NCBI GenBank assembly: GCA_964016885.1 | Contig: OZ024742.1 | Location: forward strand, 86,862,001-86,926,000 | Length of the DNA stretch: 64,000 nucleotides | Source of the DNA: Eledone cirrhosa | Taxonomy: Eukaryota | Reading direction: 5' to 3' | Shown: piece after piece, positions 28,972 through 43,699 of the stretch | Numbering within the stretch: the first letter of the stretch is position 1 | Layout of the letters: each line of letters opens with the position of its first letter | The notes under the pieces: model-generated | The model's input: the letters and a program-made list of their open reading frames with translations, nothing else | What the model was told of the DNA's origin: nothing | The model's database searches: none | Made by a program: the position numbers and the translations under genes

Positions 28972-29135
28972 TTTGTTTTACTTGTTTATTTATCACATTC
29001 ATAATAAGAAATAATATAATTTGAACTCTTTAAGTTTACCTATCAACTAATTTAATTTCCTTGTATGTATCTAGGATCCTTGAAATTTAAACTGGAGTAG
29101 TATCTCTCACTAACATCTCATCCCACAAAACATTA
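27790..29135 (+). mobile_element. Truncated PLE (Naiad-like), same family as 9190-12715
   Basis: GIY-YIG ORFs 28017-28373 and 28401-28673, with the same in-frame TAA after SF. Confidence 0.9.
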
Positions 29136-30369
29136 AATAATACGATATCTTTCCTAAATATCTGATATATGTCAACACTAAAATGATTCACTTAGGCTTT
29201 GTGTGAAAGCAGGTCTAGTATAAATACGTTTACAAATATACATGTCTTGATTTTTTTCCATGCTAACAACGATTATGTATGCCGCAGACCTAGCAATATG
29301 AATAATAACACTCTTGCATTTAACTTATTGCCTTATCATATATCATCTTAACTTGTGAGCATCGTAGAACATTATATTTTCGCTGAACGATATGAAAGTT
29401 ATAAATTGATGTGGTGGTGTACATATTTACTTTTTTGATATTATTGCAAATATATTTATCCGTTGGCCGATGCTACGGATATGAAAGCTTATGGTATATA
29501 CATGTGGTGACCTCATGTTGAATTATTCAAACACAGTTTCAAGAATTAAAATCTAATAATATATGTCTTATGCAACTATATTTGCACCATGTATGTAATT
29601 AATATATTACATCGTCTCTCAGAAAACCTGGGTGAAGTTGTTGAGTACTTCATTAATGAAAATGAAATCCAGCTCACATAATACAAAACATGAATTAAAC
29701 TCACCAATACACTCATATGCTCACCCCCCCCCCCCACACACACACACTCTTTCTTTCTCACGCACACACACTACCAATATTCTAGTATATTACCATTTGC
29801 ATCCTTTCTTCCGAAAAAAAATTCAAATTCAATCTTTACTCGAATGTGAATAATCGATTATTTCGACCAGCACATACGATATTTCATGAATTGATTTCAG
29901 GAGAAGCTTTGTGTTCCTGATTTTCTTATATTCTATTCTAGCCTTTGTATTCTATTTATTAGAGTTTGTCTCTTTTTTTGTGTGTAATGATATGCCTATT
30001 CTTATTGCATTATATATAAAAGAGAAACTCTATCCTTCAATGTCTTTAAATCCGAAAGAATATATTATGTTTATCTCTCTATTGAATGAAAATTGAAGAC
30101 GCTATTGAAGGGATTTCACAATTGTTAATGTTTTTTTTTGTTTTGTTTTTTTTTGTTCTTGAACATTATGAAAGTGTGTGCTTACTCCTGTTCCCCTATT
30201 CTGGTATTGATAGGTAAGGTACATAATGATTTAAACGTTACGATATTTGTCGTTCATCTACTTATGTTATAACAATCGGAAGGGAAACTATATTATATAG
30301 TGGGGCAGAAGTTATAAGCAAATTGAATGAAATACTTACATATTCCCTTCATATGAATAAATATGATGC

Positions 30370-30955
30370 TAAAGACAACTAAAACCTAACGTACTGATGC
30401 AAGCATACATTTCAGATGAGAAATATACACATAAACATAAGCATATTCCATTTCTCATAAAGCTATTGCAGTAATCATATCACTCTTCTGATGCATTATA
30501 CAGTCTATTGGAAGATCTGAATTGTGCTCGTATATATCCCATAGGATGTTGTTGAATTTGATTCGAGTAACCAACCAAATTACCAACAGAATACATGCAT
30601 GCTATCCAAAATACCTACGTGCAATCATATGTCCGGTAGAGGTTAAGGGTCATTTTTCAGAAAACTGTTTCTGATAATTCATGTAGTCAATATTCCTGGG
30701 ATCCATAAGTGCACATAATTTGTTAGCATGACATATTGTGAATAAATAAGAGCATCTATTATTTATTATTCGATATTCTGACACTGAATATTACTTCAGT
30801 TTTCATATCTACATCATGTTCTGGTTGATTATATTTGTGTTTGTAATTTCCATTATATATGTAATTATATAAATCAACATATATGATGCCCATCAAATCT
30901 TGTCATATAAATACAGCCGATTCCATTGTTTCAACTTCACATTTCTTTATCTAGA
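30370..30955 (-). pseudogene. Decayed exon paralogous to 24050-24145
   Basis: atctag|IKKCEVETMESAVFI*QDLMG, followed by a semi-open frame. Confidence 0.35.
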
Positions 30956-32726
30956 TTGTAATGAAAAATATATATACATTTAATATTCAACTAAAATATC
31001 TATCTAAAATTCCATTAACGAATTCTGAGATCCTACTGTAAATAATTGTAACTAATGCTGCTATCTCCTTAAAAATACTTATGAGTATATAATTTCACAT
31101 AACAAAATTAATTATATATTTTCTGCTAAATCATGTAAGAAACAACTATCTTCACCTACCATTATTTGCTGAATTTTCACGTGTTCATACGATTTTGTCG
31201 TGCTTAATAACATATCATACCGTTCTCGCTTTAGTTTTCGCACTATATTAACCCATTACATTTGAGAGCATTTCTATAAAATCTGCAAAAGGATAAATTA
31301 TGTCTTTATTTCTGAGTCTCAACAACAATTATGTACAATTTTCTCTTTGCTTTCCTATGTGTATTTTACTCTTCAATAAAATCTGATGTCTGATGATCGT
31401 CGGACATTGGAATCCATCAATATTCAATAAATTGCAAACGAAATTATGCTATAAGTCGGCCCCTCCCCACATACAAATTGACATATAAGTATACATAGAA
31501 GACTCTTATACACATATTTGTGCATATATACATCACTTCACTTCTTCTCTCGGGATTAATTTTAGGTTTCTTCCCACACCAACAATTCAACAAAAATATC
31601 TAAAAGTAGGTTAAATATGCATCTGTAAACACGAACAACAAATCAATTTATATTTCGTTGTTACATTGAAATAATTTTTCCTCAGATTTATTCATTCATT
31701 TATTCTTACATTCGGTTATCCATTCAAGCATTTCTACCATTCTTATTTCCTTTCTTTATTCATTTCAAATCGCCATATTATACATTTGCTTTTTCTGTTC
31801 TTAATAATCACTTTATTTAATTCCAACAAATGCAATTGAATCAGAGCTCCCAAGTTAAATATAATTGAAGCATATTGGCAACGAGTGCGCACACTTGTCT
31901 ACGTGACCTATCAACCTCAGCCACGCATAGATATTTCTCCATTCAATGCAAACTAAATACTATGAATATATTTCCTGTGAGAGATGAAAGGCGGTATTAA
32001 GAATGAAAGGTTCAATGTAAGGAATAGAAAGACATAAAGATAAAGAAAAGGAAAAGAACAAGGACAGGAAATATTAAGTGTGAGTAATGAAACACAAATG
32101 GTAATGGGTTTAAAGACAAGTGTATTTAAAACATTGTTGAGTTTATTATTTTGCCGTAAACATTTTTAAGAAATGGGTTATCTAACTTATAATTATATAA
32201 AAACAGGAAACAAACCAGAGATATGAAATTAAAGTACACAAACATATTTGAAACATTTCTTACGTAAATGAAACCGTTTCCGCAGACGCTAGAGGAAGTT
32301 ATATACACAGTTCTCTTCTGGGAAATAAATAAAAGCATCTGGTAAAGGAAACGTAGTGGATGTCTATAGACAGTTGGAAATAAACGTTGAGACAAAATTG
32401 ATGACGATGATAATGCTGATGTTTATTAAGATGAAGTTGCAGAATTGTTTTCAAACATGAATACATATCAGTAAATATACGTCAGTCTAAAGCACTTGTT
32501 ACATAAACTATAGTCATATGGTCAACATTCTGCTTACGTGTTATGTTACTTTTCCGTTATAGTAATTTTATAGTATTTCAGAAAGAAGTTACATTATTAT
32601 TAAATATAAAATAGCCATAAACCGCTCTGGAAAATATTATGACCATGTTGGTGATTATATTAGAATCAAAATAATAGTCATTAAATTCTCAGATATATAA
32701 CATATTTTGTTTACCGTTGATTTACA

Positions 32727-32765
<39 letters not shown>

Positions 32766-32858
32766 CGTATGTGTGTGTGTATGTGTGTTTATGTGTGTGT
32801 GTGTGTGCGCGTAGGTGCGTGTATGTGTGCATATATATAACTATATATATGTACATAT

Positions 32859-32921
<63 letters not shown>

Positions 32922-32926
<5 letters not shown>

Positions 32927-33285
32927 AAAGAGATGAAATCAAAAATGCAACTGGAGTCTTCTTTTTGTTTTTAAATATAGAAAATGTATTTGGTTCCTTT
33001 ACCGGTTTCGCAGTTCTTCTGCTTTTCAAAAGTAGAGTTGAGATGGAGGCTCTGTGGTTTTTCTCACATCTGATGTGAGAAAACCACAGACCCTCCATCT
33101 CAACTCTACTTTAGAAAAGCAGAAGAACTGCGAAACCGGTAAAGGAACCAAATAAATATATATATTTAAAAAAAAAAAAAAGACTCCAGTTGCTTTTTCG
33201 ATTTCATCTCTTTTTCTTTATACTTTCACTCGTGTAGGACACCTCGGTTATTTTTCAATTTGTAAAAAAAACCTCACTTTCTAAT
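32922..33285. mobile_element. Head-to-head family A palindrome
   Basis: Centre cacatc-t-gatgtg at 33071; HHRs at 32997-33032(-) and 33109-33144(+, U4A). Confidence 0.9.
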
Positions 33286-33320
33286 ATATATATATATATA
33301 TATATTTATGAAAATGACAC

Positions 33321-33408
33321 ATTAAAGTTTAAGCATAGAATCGCTGTTTCAGAAGGGTGAAAGCAGCGATTCTTTGCTTAAACTTTAATCTGCTATTTTA
33401 ATAAATAT
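33321..33408. repeat. Minimal fold-back of the 22385-family pLTR end
   Basis: attaaagtttaagcatagaatcgctgtttc / gaaagcagcgattctttgcttaaactttaat. Confidence 0.8.
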
Positions 33409-33491
33409 TTCCTCTAAGGTTCTTATATATTTGATATATATTTATCCTTATCGAGCCTTCTTTGGATGTTTGTCTTCAAATTTATTATTAT

Positions 33492-33542
<51 letters not shown>

Positions 33543-33544
33543 CA

Positions 33545-34153
33545 TCAGGAAGGAAGAGTGACACGGTTTGTTATACAAACAAGGTTTTCAATCTCATTGC
33601 TGACAAATGTTTCTCTGAACTGGTAGGTCTACCCGCTTGTTTTCACGTTCTTCGATCACCAATACAAAGTTATAACCTGTCAATTCTTCGGACCTTGTGA
33701 GAATGAAAGGAATATACAGGCATGGCTACTATATATAGTAGTAATGGCATTCAATCAGAACAATAACAACAATATTAACGATGCTAGCAATAAATTATTT
33801 GAAATAATCACAACATCAATCTAGGTGGGAAGTATAGTATATCTACGATTTTAGTGTGTCTAGCTGACATGAGGCAGATGTATAAAATTGACATGTAAAA
33901 GCTGTCATGGGGTGTATTATATATAGTGTAAAGATAAGCCGGTGGCTTTAAACAATGTAGGTCTGGTGGCCGTAAGAATAATTTATTATCTGACAGATGA
34001 AGAATTTATCACTGTAGTGAGAATATTAATATTTGTGTGGTCTATATGAGATGAAAGGGTTGTCTAGCTTTCTCATCATCAATAGCATACATGTATAAGA
34101 CAACATCAACAGAGTAGCAATATAATAGGCAAGTTATTACAGAGGTTAGGGAG

Positions 34154-34158
<5 letters not shown>
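33545..34158 (-). repeat. ~615 bp inverted repeat arm (partner 37503-38128)
   Basis: High similarity by eye to the reverse complement of 37503-38128. Confidence 0.9.
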
Positions 34159-34234
<76 letters not shown>

Positions 34235-34304
34235 ATATATATATATATTTATATATATATATATGTTTATATATAGGTATATATATATATATATATATAT
34301 ATAT

Positions 34305-34940
34305 GTAACCCATTAGCAACCACGCAGCACGTTTATTCTCATATTTACATATATTTTTCCCTCGCAGTGACCCGTCTATTTCGTTCTTACTGCTCCTTCT
34401 TTCTCTGTATCGTTACCCTCTCTAGCAGTCACTCTCTCTGTTAGACTATTCCTCACCCATCACTCACTCACTCTCTGTTACTACCTATCCTCCTCCTCCC
34501 TCTTCCCGTTTGACCTGTGCGTAATTCTTTTCTTTCGCACCCTTGGTCAGGCAGGTTTCCTTTTTTTTCTCTCTCTCGTCTACGATTTCACAGAACTTAT
34601 GTTTACCGAATTCTCAGACTAGATTCCTTCTTCCTCCGTTAGATCTGTACGGAATTCCTTCCTTGCTCACATTCCAACCAGGTTTGATGGTCTTTATTCT
34701 CTCTCGTTCACGATTTCACCTAACTTATGTTCATGGAAATTTGGGACTTGACTCCTTCTTCCTCACTTTTCGTTGCTTCACCATCTATGTCTGTTTACAC
34801 TCTCGTGTGCCCTTTATTTACGTGTCCCAACGACTTTTTTTAGCCGTTGCTCGCACCAACCTGAGGTATATGGTCTTTAAAGCGATGAAATACCAATGAT
34901 GGTTGGAAGATCACTGATGGAGGACTAACTTTATTCATAT
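34305..34940. mobile_element. Diverged single-unit copy of the 12823-13697 element, inverted
   Basis: Shared ccctttatttacgtgtcccaacgac...gcaccaacctgagg... Confidence 0.85.
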
Positions 34941-34949
34941 ATATATATA

Positions 34950-37464
34950 AAGAGAAAACATGCTGACTACAATTATAACACGAGGAAGGTAAAGTTCTGC
35001 TGTAGTAGTATTTTGAAATGTTCTTGTATTTAGGTTCATTTGTTGAGCGTCAAGGGTGAGTAAGTTGTGTTGACAGCAGCTGAGAAGAGATATATTTATG
35101 TGTTGATAAGGTACTTACAGACATTAGTGTGGTATAGAACTAAGAAGGTTACAATCTACTTAATGACTATATTTCTGTGGTGGTTCGTGCAGTATAGTGG
35201 GTATCCTAAGTTGAAAGCTAAGTTACGTCGGTTCGATTTACGGAGGCTTAAATCTTGTGAATTTAGTGGCGATCCTCTGTCTGCAAAAGATTGATCTTTC
35301 TAACTTGTTGTTGAGTAGCCTTTTTACATTTCTAAGGATATATAGTAATTCTAGATCACAGAGCCTACAGTGGGACATACCGGTACTGTAAGTCTTTGCA
35401 GCCGACAACCTCGACCAGTTGATACTGTAGTTGGTGTTATTTTCCTTAAGCTCCCATATTTTTTTGGCGAGTGTTGTAGAACCCATAAGTACACGATTTT
35501 TCCTCGAATGTCTGTGCACATACCATCCTTTTTTAAAAGTACCCGCGGTGTATCCAATATAATGCCAAGTGGAGTTGTCTGAGTTGACTAGGCTCGAATC
35601 AAGGCATTTATTCGCCAATGTGCACCTATCCGGTAGCTGACAGTTAAAGTTTGAGGTATTATTTCGTGCAGCTTCCACACTGATATTTCGTACACTGCTA
35701 TAAGTGGGTTGTGATTCATGCCCGTTGGGGTTTTGCTGCTGCGTCCTTGTATGCGCTTGCTGTTGTGATACTGTGATGTGTTTATGTTTATAATTTGGTG
35801 CTATGTTGCGCATAGGTGGGGCGGATTCCCTAGAGGTATTTGTATGGTTGATCTTGCGTATGTGCGATTTTATATTTGCTGCCGTACAATATGAGAGTTT
35901 TATAGTTTTTCTAATGAGTATTTTATGATAGCTGTGTGAAGTAGGGAAGTGTTTATCTATTAGTTTAAAGAATGTAGAAGGCAGTCTAGTTTTTACAGAG
36001 GAGTTGAACATTGGATTGAACCAGGTATTTTCTTTCTCTGATTCTTCTATTGTTTCTAGGGTGTACATTATTGGTGTTTGGACAGCTTACTCTAGGTGTT
36101 ACGTGCCTAACTCTATGTCTAGACCTGTTACCTCTATTTTTGTGTGAGCGGTTGGTGTAATTGCTAGTAGGTTTGTTTAAGTTGTATTTATTCTCTATAT
36201 ACTGCAGTTTATCTTTATGTCCAGCCCTATGTAATGCTGCGTTATAATAGTTAGCATGTTCATTAAACATTTCTAGGTTTGAGGATAAGCGGGATATTCT
36301 AAGTGATATACTACGTGCTATGAATATGATTATGGATTTGGTGTGGTTTGAGTTATAACTAATGTAGGCCAGATTCTCATTATTTTTGTGGAAGGGTTCT
36401 ATTAATCCCATATTTAGATTTAGAGTCACATCTATAAAGTTTACCTTCTTATGGTTCAGTTCGTAGATAATACTTAGGCCTAGGTTTTTGAAGAATGTTC
36501 TAATGTTTTTTCTTAATCTTTCCATGCTCTGGTTGTTTATGTTCCTAGCTATAAGGAGCGTGTCGTCTCTATAAATCCCTCCCTAGAGGTTACTCAATTC
36601 CTTATGTAGGTTGTGTGCTATAAATAGCCCCACGACATCAGTGATTTGCGCAGAGTCATTTGATCCAATTGTGATATCGAAGCTGTTTATCCTATCTCTT
36701 CTTACCCAGTAGCTATTTTCAAATTTTATGATAGTCCTTCTAGCCGCTACTATTATTTCAATTTCCTCAGGGGTAAGATCGGAGTTATCTAGGGTGGCTG
36801 GGGATATGGAAGCATAGTAGTCGTTTATATCAAATTGTATGAAGTTACATGTCTCCCTATTTTGTATTTTATTGAACATTCAATCGCCTCCTTACTGTTA
36901 CCCCATGAATTGATTTCTAGTTTACCCTTTATTTGTGCGATTACCCTATCTAGAATATTCTTGCTAATTTTACCTATATCTGACTTAGATGGGCATATTA
37001 ATCTAATAGTATGGTTTGTTTCAAAATTCTTTTTGTGATCCTTCATGTTAAATGTGGGATTGCACGAGGTTAGAGGCTCGGTCCTAGCAGGTATTCCGAG
37101 TTTATTTACTATCCTAAGGCCCTCCTCGTTAATGCTGGTGAGTGTGGATTCATTTGTTTTTTTTTTGTATTTTTTATGTAGTTCACGCTGAATAAAATTA
37201 TTGTATGTGTTAAGGTCCTTAGAGTATACGTTTGTTGTTTTGTTTACCTATACTATGATACCGTTAGTGTATTTTAGTTTTTTTAGTAGTGTATTGATGC
37301 CATTTTGTAATTTGTTGTGATGTGTTCTTTTTTTGAATTTAGTTCCGCTTATATTATTCATAAGGTCCAGCTCAACAAATGAACCTATATCCAATAACAT
37401 TTCGAAATACTACTACAGCAGAACTTTACCACCTTCCTCCTGCTATAATTGTAGTCAGCATGTT

Positions 37465-37470
<6 letters not shown>
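34950..37470 (-). mobile_element. Penelope-like element (RT plus GIY-YIG), frameshifted, with inverted pLTR end at 37365-37470
   Basis: IRLICPSKSDIG, FDINDYYASI, FDITIGS, YRDD, VNFIDVTL, WFNPMF, YIG, CRLC. Confidence 0.95.
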
Positions 37471-37502
<32 letters not shown>

Positions 37503-37506
<4 letters not shown>

Positions 37507-38300
37507 CCCCCTTACCCTCTGTATTAACTTGGCTATTATATTGCTACTCTGTTGATGTTGTCTTATACATGTATGTTATTGATGATGAGAAAGCTAGACA
37601 ATCCTTTCATCTAATATAGACCACACAAATATTAATATTCTCACTACAGTGATACATTCTTCATCTGTCAGATAATAAATTATTCTTACGGCCACCAGAC
37701 CTACATTGTTTAAAGCCACCGGCTTATCTTTACACTATATATAATACACCCCATATAGCTTTTACATGTCAATTTTATACATCTGTCTATGGCAGCTAGG
37801 TTTACACGCTAAAATTGTAGATGTACTATACTTCACAGCTAGATTGATGTTGTGATTATTTCAAATAATTTATTGCTAGCATTGTTAGTATTGTTGTTAT
37901 TGTTCTCATTGAATGCCATTTCTACTATACATAATAGCCATGCCTGTATATTCCTTTCATTCTCACAAACTCCGATGAATTGACTGGTTATAACTTTGTA
38001 TTGGTGATCGAATAACGTGAAAACAAGCGGGTAGTGATCTCTAGACCTACCAATTCAGAGAAACAATTGTCAGCAATGAGATTATAAACCTTTCTTGTAT
38101 AGCAAACCGTGTCACTCTTCTTTCCTGAATTATCATTACTCCAAGTGGTTACAACATAGGAATTATAGCGTACTCGCAGCATTACTATGGAAACGCCTTG
38201 TTGAGTGAAACTTAGCCAAGCGTTGATATCATCCACTACCCGGAGTACCATAACTGGACTATACTTAAGTGGACTACCTATAACAATAATTTGTTACCCA
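37503..38300 (+). mobile_element. Non-coding pLTR-like repeat with HHR-like motif at 37962-38080
   Basis: CCGATGA...GAAA-CAATTG-TC; TA flanks. Confidence 0.6.
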
Positions 38301-38351
<51 letters not shown>

Positions 38352-38576
38352 AATATATATACTTTCTCTCAATTTCATACATAATTTGAATATTATATTA
38401 ACCCAGTTAACAGAATATACGCATGTCTTCTATTATGGCAGAAAGTGGACAGCATAAAAAACAGGTATCGAATTCACACCATGCGTCTATGATAAAATTA
38501 CATCAAACAGAGACTGGAAAACGTTTTCGGTTTTGTTAACCTCTATGAATTAGCTTTGCGTCAAACATAACATTAT

Positions 38577-38760
38577 TGGCAGTATCGGTAGAGGGTCGGA
38601 CGCCATGCTTTCCAGCATACTTACGTCCCTTTATGATCTGAGTTCAAATCCCGCCGAGATTGACTTTGCCTTTCATCCTCACGGGGTCGATAAAATAAAG
38701 TACAATTTATGCACTGGGTAATTGCTGGCATTGTGCCTAAAGTAGTAACAATTATTATTA
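38577..38760 (+). mobile_element. tRNA-derived SINE
   Basis: A/B boxes and central domain as above; (att)n tail. Confidence 0.9.
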
Positions 38761-39028
38761 TATAGAAAACATGCATTGAATCTGTTAACTTAAAATCAAA
38801 TTGGTTACTCGCTCAATGTTTCCAAAGAATAGAGTGTTTCCTTCAATTTCTGTCTAAATCCTAAAGTGTAATAAGTCCAAATTAAAATAAGCTTCAATTT
38901 GCACAACCACGTGGTATACGACATATGTCAACTTAATATATGTATATAAATGCATTATTATGCATATATATTTATGTAGGCATATATTATGTAGGCATAT
39001 ATTATTAACGCATCAATGTGAGGCTGAC

Positions 39029-39075
<47 letters not shown>

Positions 39076-39247
39076 GTGTGTGTGTGTGTGTGTGTATTCC
39101 TATTGTTGAAAAGTAAAATACACATAGGAAAGCAAAGAGAAAAATGTACATAATTGTTGTTGAGACACAGAAATAAAGAAATAATTTAGACTTTTGCAGA
39201 TTTTATAGAATTGCTCTTAAATGAAATTTGTTAATATAGTGTGAAAA

Positions 39248-39277
<30 letters not shown>

Positions 39278-39278
<1 letters not shown>

Positions 39279-39473
39279 ACGAAGGAAATATGGTAAAGAA
39301 CCAGGTGGACCATAACGCACCAAAGTACTCAATACTTAGGGTAGTAGAGTAGGTAATAGGAACGAGTAGGACCCCGACGGCTGAGGTCAAGCCGTTTCGA
39401 CAGCTAATTCTGGACTCAGTCCAGAATTAGCCGTCGAAACGGCTTGAGCTCAGCCGTCGGGGTCCTACTCGTT

Positions 39474-39478
<5 letters not shown>
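39278..39478. mobile_element. Family F fold-back carrying hammerhead 3' halves
   Basis: Near-perfect ~60 bp arms at 39356-39478; GAAA-CGGCT tgagctc AGCCG-TC-ggggtcc. Confidence 0.8.
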
Positions 39479-39519
<41 letters not shown>

Positions 39520-39524
<5 letters not shown>

Positions 39525-41650
39525 AGATAAATCTACCAAAATGTACGGAGTGTCCAATCCGTATGAAGAAGTCAATGTAATCCGAATATCATGAAAAGAG
39601 AAGATGTATTCAAAAATTATTTTCGATGAAAAATACAGGAAAACGGAGTCAAGATAAAGTAATAAAAGTAATGAATAAACAAAGCAACAGTTCCTTATAT
39701 TAAAAAATTCATCATTTTAAGATCGTTTCTAGGATATATATGTTAGTGTTGGTATGCATATCATATAGATCTATGTAAAAATTGTACAAACTATCAGAAG
39801 GAATATACATACCTACACAGATATATGCTGTCTTCAGAAATAATGATATTTGTTTATTGAAAAAAAAACAACAAATATTTAATACAATAGGTCTGTTTGG
39901 GAACAGGTTTTGAATTGACCAATAGAAAGATAGTGAAGGTCAAGATGGTAAAATAGTAGTAATAGAACCTTAATTTAGGGGTAGAGGAATGTAGATTTCA
40001 GTTTTGGATGGAAAGAATATTATGAATGAAAGATTATTTTAGGGATGAAAATTGGTCATATGCTGTCTTCAGAAATAATTATATTTGTTCATTGAATAAA
40101 ACCAACAAAGATTTAATATAATAGGTCTGTTTGGGAACAGGTTTTGAATTGACCAATAGAAAGGTAATAACTGGCTAAATGGTAAACTAGTAGTAATGGA
40201 ACTTTAATTTAGGGGTAGAAGAAAGCAGATTTCAGTTTTGAATGGAAGGAGTATGATGAATTAAAAGGTTATTTTAGGGATGAAAATAGGTCAGGTCGGT
40301 AAAAAGTACACGAAAAATTGCTGTTATAAAAGAATAATGCCAATGTAAATATCTAAGGAGACTAACATTTTACGATAAAAGTGTTAGTGAAACAAATATA
40401 TGGAATTTACATCTATGAAAAGAAAATAAATTAATTAAATTGATAGGTATATTTATATTCATAACATTATATTAATGCATATAGATATGATAAATAAGAG
40501 TTAGATGTAATAGAAGAGTGCTGTTAAAAAGGAGGGGACATTTATTAAAAACAAATATATATATAATTATTGGGGGGGGGGGGGGATGAATTTATTAGTG
40601 AGAAATAACAAATATATAGAGATTACAAGGAACATAGAATCATAATCTGAAATTAAAACAGTATATATGTATACTTAATGGTATCAATTTTAGAAAAAGA
40701 TAGTTGTAAAAGGGAAATAAAATATAGTATATAAATGTATAGTTAACACTAAGGACTCAATTTATTCATATATAGGAGCTACCTCTAACCAATCTAAAGT
40801 AAGATTTAATACCCTCAAACACAGTTTTTAAAATGCCGCATTAACTAATACAACATCTTTAGCTGAAATAATTAATAATTATAGAAAGAGGAATATTGAT
40901 TATGACCTGACCTGGAATGTGCTCAAAAGAGCCACCCCTTATCAAAATAATAGATATGAATGTAGATTGTGTTCCCAAGAACTTTTTGATATAATGAAAT
41001 CTAAGGATATCCTATTAAATAAGCGACAGGAATTAATAATATCGTGTAATCATAAACTGAGAAAAACCTTTAAATATTATAAACCTAATTAATATACACT
41101 TTAGAAATTATTATAATAACATTTTTTTTTTTTTTTTTTTAAATTTAGTTAACCTATAATTAATATTCTACTACTAATGAACTACATAATTTTATTTCCC
41201 TTTTACAACTATCTTTTCCTAAAATTGATACCATTAAGTATACATATATACTGTTTTAATTTCAGGTTATGATTCTATGTTCATTGTAATCTCTATATAT
41301 TTGTTATTTCTCACTAATAAATGTAACCCCTCCACCCCAATAATTATATATATATATTTTTTAATTTGTTTTTTGTTTCCCCTTTTTTCTTATTTCCCCT
41401 CGTTTTTAACAGCATTCTTCAATACATCTAACTCTTATTTATCATATCTATATGCATTAATATAATTTTATCAATATAAATATACCTATCAATTTAATTA
41501 ATTTATTTTATTTTCATAGATGTAAATTCCATATATTTTTTTCGCTAACACTTTTATCGTAAAATGTTAGTCTCCTTAGATATTTACATTGGCATTATTC
41601 TTTTATAACAGCAATTTTTCGTGTACCTTTTACCGACCTGACCTATTTTC
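39520..41650. mobile_element. PLE: inverted pLTR (39520-40740, -), EN 3' end (40750-41080, +) and truncated pLTR
   Basis: 40285-40730 is the inverse of 41195-41650; YIG...CRLC...LLNKRQEL; mutated extended HHR at 39709-39846(-); ~230 bp internal tandem duplication. Confidence 0.88.
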
Positions 41651-42415
41651 ACCTGTAAATTAAGCCCCCATATTAACTGTGAAACTAGAAATGTAGTATA
41701 TAGCATAAGATGTACTGAAGGACAATGTAGAGACAAACATATAGTGTACATAGGTGAGACAGCTCGTAGTGTAGAGGAACGGATAAATGAACACTGGCGA
41801 GACCTTCAAGATAGTAAAGAATCATCTGTACTCTACCAACATGCTAAAATAGAACACAAGGGTAAATTAGAGAACATAGAAATAAAAATAGAATCTACAC
41901 ACAGAAAAGACGCAATGTTTAGACAAATCACAGAGGCAATAAACATAAAAGAATTACAACCAAAATTAAATAGAAAATATGAGTGGAACAGCAACATCAC
42001 AACTTACAATTAAGGATAAAATGAAAACACACACGCACATATAACAAACAACCAGCCTGTAACATGTAAATAAACAAATAAATAAACGAATGCAAACACA
42101 CACATACACCCGGATGTGCCGCATGCGCAGCCTGAGCACACAACACACACACAGAAACAAAATGGCGTAGGGCAGAACAAAGGAGATACACAAAAACAAA
42201 GAAAAGAATCCGCAGTCACTGAAGAGGTCACAGAATATGTGAGGAAAGAACTTTGACAATATATAAACAACCATCTGATTATGGAACCAACCAACCAACC
42301 AACCGGAAATTTATAAATTCCTAAATTTATAAATATATTATATTAAATTGAAGTGAAACATCTGGTGCGTGTGCTTCTTATTGGTAACATGGCCCTCCCA
42401 AAGTATAACAATATA
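41650..42415 (+). mobile_element. 5'-truncated Neptune-like PLE
   Basis: NCETRNVVYSIRC...YIGETARS..RINEH...LNRKYEW; pLTR HHR at 42215-42257. Confidence 0.92.
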
Positions 42416-42422
42416 TAAATAT

Positions 42423-42518
<96 letters not shown>

Positions 42519-42681
42519 GTGTATGTGTGTGTTAGTATGTATGTTACAACGTATAAAAGTGTAGTTGTTAAATTTTCTTGGTATCTACAATGTTTTGGCA
42601 TTACCAACTGTTTGTTATATTTCTTTAAAATAATTCATTATATATATATATATATATATATATTTATTTATTTATTTATTT

Positions 42682-42793
<112 letters not shown>

Positions 42794-43699
42794 GAGTGAG
42801 AGAGAGAGATGTATATGTTTTCTTTCATGACTCCCTCTGTGAATTGCTTCATTTTTTATCAAATAATTTACAAAGCCAGTATTAGGATCATTGTTCAAAT
42901 AATGTACTGAGTGCTCTTTTCAATATTGAATAGAAATATAATACTCAGATGAATATAAAATATATATAACATTTTTCTATAGTTTGTAATTTTTTTAAGT
43001 TTAGTTTTCTAACATGGAAACATCTATAAAATCTTATGTATCAGTTCATAATAAATCCTTTTAATTGCAGCTCGCAATACAAATCGGGGAAGCTTTCCTT
43101 ATATATTGCTATATGTTAAAAGAGTTGGACAATTTGTCGTTTTTCTTTCTCATTCTTGACATGCTTTTTCAGTAATATCATAAAATGTAGTCTTTCATTT
43201 ATCTTATTCTTTCTGTATCAACATTCTTTGTACACATCTACTCTCTCTGCCACACAAAAATGGATTAAAGCGTAATGGATTGTTATTATTTAAGCAATAA
43301 CATACCAATAGATTTGTTGGATTATGTGTATCTCTAATTTCGTCTTTAAATCATACAACAGTGGGTTAGTCATTGTCTGCTCTAAAGCTGTAGCAATTTA
43401 CTACAACACTTGAGGGAGACATTGTCTAACTTAAATATTGGCATTATTGATTGTGGACTTATGAAGGTAACATTTAGGTTGAAATTATAATGTACAGAAT
43501 AGAATATGAAAATCGTAGAATTTTATAACAATAAAAACATGAAAGGCAGTTGCATATGTGGTAAATTACAAACATACACATTCCTACACATTGATAAACA
43601 GATACGTACGTACGAGTATATGTGATGTGTGCATGCACCTTTGCGTGTATTTATGTGGATATGTCTGATTCTGATGGGTCTGTCAATTAAATTGTGCTA

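Noticed and set aside
34950-35100. Hammerhead in the pLTR of the 34950-37470 PLE
   Set aside because: A GAAA..TA-cagcag 3' half is visible in the inverted arm, but no acceptable core was found upstream.
33545-38128. DNA transposon with long TIRs
   Set aside because: The interior encodes PLE RT/EN, not a transposase; the right arm extends beyond the symmetry; no TSD seen.
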